Positions 63,215 through 64,000 of a stretch of 64,000 nucleotides of DNA are shown here, one piece after another. The DNA is from Phreatobacter sp. Its GTDB lineage: Bacteria > Pseudomonadota > Alphaproteobacteria > Rhizobiales > Phreatobacteraceae. The first letter of the stretch is position 1. Each line of letters starts with the position of its first letter. The notes beneath the pieces were generated by a model. That model was not told where the DNA came from. It did no database searches and was given only the letters and a program-made list of their open reading frames with translations. The stretch lies in contig NZ_JAUYFA010000058.1 of NCBI RefSeq assembly GCF_030691135.1, positions 1,620-65,619 on the forward strand, in the 5' to 3' direction. The position numbers were made by a program, and so were the translations under genes.

Positions 63215-63999
63215 TACACTCGTGGTCCATCCGGTTCCTCGGGGCATTCCTGGCTCTGGTGGCTCTCGCGAGTCCGCCGGCCCTGGGGACGGGTATGCGC
63301 CCGGCCGTCGATGCGACCTGCACCGTCCCGGAGTCGTTGCGCGGCTTTGCGGCTGATCTGCCCCTTGCGAGAGCGGCCATCGCCGATGGCCAGAAGCTCA
63401 CCATCGTCGCGCTCGGCTCGTCGTCGACGCAGGGTGCGGGAGCCTCCTCCGAGGAGCGATCCTATCCGACGGTGCTCCGCAAGGAACTCGCCCACCTGTT
63501 GCCCGGTCACGAGATCGATGTCGTCAATGCCGGCATCGGTGGCAATTCCGCGCATCAGATGTATCAGCGCATCGACGCGGACGTGCTCTCCGAGCAGCCG
63601 CGGCTCGTCATCTGGCAGACCGGCGTCTTCGATGCGATCAACGATATCGGCATCGAGAAGTTCAAGCGGATCCTCCGCAAGGGCATCGCCAGGATCCGTG
63701 ACGGTGGTGCCGACGTCATGCTCGTGGATCAGCTGCCCCTGCCGCGGCCCGATCGTTTCCCCGCCTATGCCGGCTATGTCGCGGCCCTGCATGAGGTCGC
63801 GGCGGAAACCGAGACGGCGGTCTTTCGCCGCAGCGACATGTTCGGCTTCCTCATGGAGTCGGGACGCCTGCGGCTTGACCAGATGCTGCCGACCGCCGGC
63901 GACCACCTCGTCGACGGCAGCTACCATTGCCTCGGCGTGAATATCGGCCGGACCCTCGCCGAGAAACTGTCGCCAAGGGCGACGGCGAGCCGACCCTGA
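63211..63999 (+). CDS. SGNH/GDSL-family hydrolase, exported
   Basis: GTGA overlap with the OpgC-like gene. It has a signal peptide, block I IVALGSSSTQG, block II/III NAGIGGN and VIWQTGVFD, and a C-terminal D-x-x-H-like GDHLVDGSYH. Confidence 0.75.
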   Translation: MIHSWSIRFLGAFLALVALASPPALGTGMRPAVDATCTVPESLRGFAADLPLARAAIADGQKLTIVALGSSSTQGAGASSEERSYPTVLRKELAHLLPGHEIDVVNAGIGGNSAHQMYQRIDADVLSEQPRLVIWQTGVFDAINDIGIEKFKRILRKGIARIRDGGADVMLVDQLPLPRPDRFPAYAGYVAALHEVAAETETAVFRRSDMFGFLMESGRLRLDQMLPTAGDHLVDGSYHCLGVNIGRTLAEKLSPRATASRP

Positions 64000-64000
64000 C

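Noticed and set aside
1-64000. I searched by eye for tRNA/rRNA signatures (GGTTCGAATCC-type T-arms), CRISPR-like regularly spaced repeats, transposase/integrase/recombinase or phage genes, toxin-antitoxin pairs and known defence-system genes.
   Set aside because: I found none. The only repeat family is the short palindromic element at 7371-7514 and 28605-28685. A covariance-model scan (tRNAscan-SE, Infernal/Rfam) and a defence-system HMM scan would be needed to exclude small RNAs or divergent systems.

Overview
This is a 64-kb, visibly GC-rich chromosomal segment (by eye about two-thirds G+C, not computed). Gene content and order look like an alphaproteobacterium of the Hyphomicrobiales/Rhizobiales type: aapJQM, phoR-phoU-phoB, lgt, prs, a trxB-LysR-Lrp block, and intergenic palindromic repeats whose spurious translation reads VDGRxKPGHD. 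I support 57 protein-coding genes. I see no rRNA, tRNA, CRISPR, transposase, integrase or phage genes.

Layout:
- 0-6 kb: M19 dipeptidase, Ldh_2 oxidoreductase, two proteins I cannot assign, a SABATH-like methyltransferase and an orphan TRAP binding protein.
- 6-15.5 kb: a NitT/TauT ABC importer, then a sigma-54/EBP-controlled cyanate operon (cynA-DUF1348-cynB-cynD-cynS).
- 15.8-21.7 kb: aapJQM without aapP, an MlrC-like peptidase and two small coupled genes.
- 22-34.7 kb: a nitrogen-scavenging neighbourhood. It holds diaminopropionate ammonia-lyase, N-carbamoyl-D-amino-acid hydrolase, a flavodoxin-like reductase, an amidohydrolase and a creatininase-family protein. Two paralogous FAD oxidoreductases bracket a second NitT/TauT importer, which carries an NtrC-like palindrome and a sigma-54 promoter. 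A chemoreceptor gene follows the island proper at 30.9-32.5 kb, and a second one (34.7-36.2 kb) closes the neighbourhood.
- 36.5-38.3 kb: a CarH/LitR-type B12 photoreceptor-regulator candidate, divergent from a PAS-PAS soluble chemoreceptor.
- 38.4-45.1 kb: a DUF2126 / circularly permuted ATP-grasp-alpha-E / transglutaminase operon.
- 45-64 kb: mostly housekeeping.

My top candidates for an undescribed system are the 38.4-45.1 kb operon (a predicted peptide-ligase system with no known product), the 0.7-5 kb block and the CarH-chemoreceptor pairing. All family assignments come from motif recognition by eye. No database search, HMM scan or codon statistic could be run.
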